A DNA stretch of 64,000 nucleotides from Myxococcota bacterium (GTDB lineage Bacteria; Myxococcota_A; Polyangia; Polyangiales; Sandaracinaceae), in NCBI GenBank assembly GCA_036149055.1, contig JAYZQJ010000182.1, positions 32,001 to 96,000 of the forward strand. Reading direction: 5' to 3'. Position numbers and translations under genes: made by a program. Numbering within the stretch: the first letter of the stretch is position 1; each line of letters opens with the position of its first letter. Positions 62,857-64,000 of the stretch are shown here, piece by piece. The notes below the pieces were generated by a model. That model ran no database searches. It was given only the letters and a program-made list of their open reading frames with translations, and was not told where the DNA came from.

Positions 62857-63612
62857 TCAGCGGCGCGCGCCGCGGCCGAAGCGCAGGGTGTAGCTGTAGA
62901 TCGCCTCGCCGCCGCTGGGGCCCCGGGAGACCCGGATGGCGCTGCCGGCGCTCCGGACGCAGCGCTCGAAGCGGGAGTCCTCGAAGCCGCTGCGCTCCAC
63001 CGCCACCCGCGAGGCGCGCCCGGCGCCCCGCACCGTGAACACCAGGTTCAGCTGCTGCGCCTGGAGGCTGCCGCGCTCGAGGTACTGGTCGTAGCAGCGC
63101 TCGAGACGAGCGGTGACGCCGCGGACGGCGGCGCGGATCACGGACGCGTCGAGCTGGCCCTGGCCGTCGACCTGCTCGGCGCGCAGGACCCGGATGTTCG
63201 AGGTCAGCGCGGCGTCCTCCTCCACCGTGCGCACGGTGCCGCCCTGCTGGGCCACGCTCTCGGCGGCGGGATCGGGGGGCGGCGCGCGCTCGACCACGCG
63301 GGTGCCGGGCGAGGGGATCTCGGCCGCGCGCACGCAGTCCCGGGTGGCCCGCTGCGCCGCCGCGGCGCGCGCGATCAGCGCCTCGATCGCCGCCTCCGCG
63401 TCCTGCCGCACGCGCCCGGTGGACCGATCGCGCTGCGCCTCGGACTCCCGGATCAGCCGCTCCACGCGGGCCATCTCGGTCTGCTGTCGCTCGAGACAGT
63501 CGGCGAACGAGCGCACGGAGGAGAGCGCGCGGGTGCGCTCGGAGTCGGTCAGCTCCTGCGCCGACGCGGCGGCGGGCACGAGGAGGGCGAGCAGGACGAG
63601 GGTGATGCGCAT
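62857..63612 (-). CDS. Exported protein with AgmX/PglI (TonB-C-like) C-terminal domain
   Basis: Signal peptide; LDASVIRAAVR…LERCY…FTV…G…FERCV…PSGG…Y.L.F. Confidence 0.75.
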   Translation of the reverse strand: MRITLVLLALLVPAAASAQELTDSERTRALSSVRSFADCLERQQTEMARVERLIRESEAQRDRSTGRVRQDAEAAIEALIARAAAAQRATRDCVRAAEIPSPGTRVVERAPPPDPAAESVAQQGGTVRTVEEDAALTSNIRVLRAEQVDGQGQLDASVIRAAVRGVTARLERCYDQYLERGSLQAQQLNLVFTVRGAGRASRVAVERSGFEDSRFERCVRSAGSAIRVSRGPSGGEAIYSYTLRFGRGARR

Positions 63613-63750
63613 GGGCGAAGTCTATCCGGCGAGGGGGCTCGGAGGGTGGGGGTCTGGCCCACAGCGTCGGACGCCCCGCGGCCGCGGGATGTTCACCGGC
63701 GGCGGTTTTTGGTACGGCTCGGATCTCGACGAACCCGAAGGAGCGACCCG

Positions 63751-64000
63751 ATGGCCTACGAAGTGCCCGCGCGCGTGCGCGAGAACGCCGCCACCCCGAT
63801 CACCGATCTCGACCGCTACCGCGAGCACTGGATGCGGGCCGAGCGGGATCCCGACGCCTTCTGGCTCGACGTGACCAAGGAGCGCCTCGCGTGGCGCAAG
63901 GAGCCGACGATCGGGCTGCACGGCAGCTTCCACGAGATCAAGAGCGGGCCGCTCTCGTGGTTCTCCGACGGCGAGCTCAACGTGTCGGAGAGCTGCGTCG
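63751..64000 (+). CDS. acs: Acetyl-CoA synthetase, 5' part (runs off window end)
   Basis: RBS AAGGAG; Y…W..A..DPDAFW, LAW, WF.DGELNVS.SC. Confidence 0.85.
   Translation, partial: MAYEVPARVRENAATPITDLDRYREHWMRAERDPDAFWLDVTKERLAWRKEPTIGLHGSFHEIKSGPLSWFSDGELNVSESCV

Overview
Very GC-rich (myxobacterial-type; Polyangia/Sandaracinaceae-like by inference from Cys-rich repeat lipoproteins, FHA-GAF-sigma54 activator, AgmX/TonB-like proteins) chromosomal window with ~57 genes; most long ORFs in the six-frame track are GC-rich shadow frames. Recognisable genes: NtrC-type two-component pair, PhaC-like hydrolase/acyl-CoA ligase fusion, msrB, three TIGR00266/AIM24 genes, class II ribonucleotide reductase nrdJ with NrdR-like boxes, a repeat-flanked aminotransferase/GT4/GH57/PhyH/PaaK-like island, lnt, MMPL/RND transporter, bioA, start of acs. 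Most interesting: (1) two different DUF692/MNIO RiPP-type loci ~4 kb apart, one with a probably lipid-anchored precursor carrying GEASCSGA repeats, the other with a TIGR04222-type membrane protein ending in a Cys/Gly tail plus a minimal partner; (2) an orphan, apparently split VgrG whose missing spike seems to be encoded tail-to-tail on the opposite strand fused to Ig-like domains; (3) a nuclease + Ca-binding repeat lipoprotein + repeat-bearing outer-membrane barrel operon; (4) pervasive signatures of leaderless transcription from both -10 boxes and sigma54 promoters; (5) a family of 27-nt intergenic repeats and a structured inverted-repeat element. No rRNA, tRNA or CRISPR array seen. All functional calls are from motif reading by eye, not database searches.
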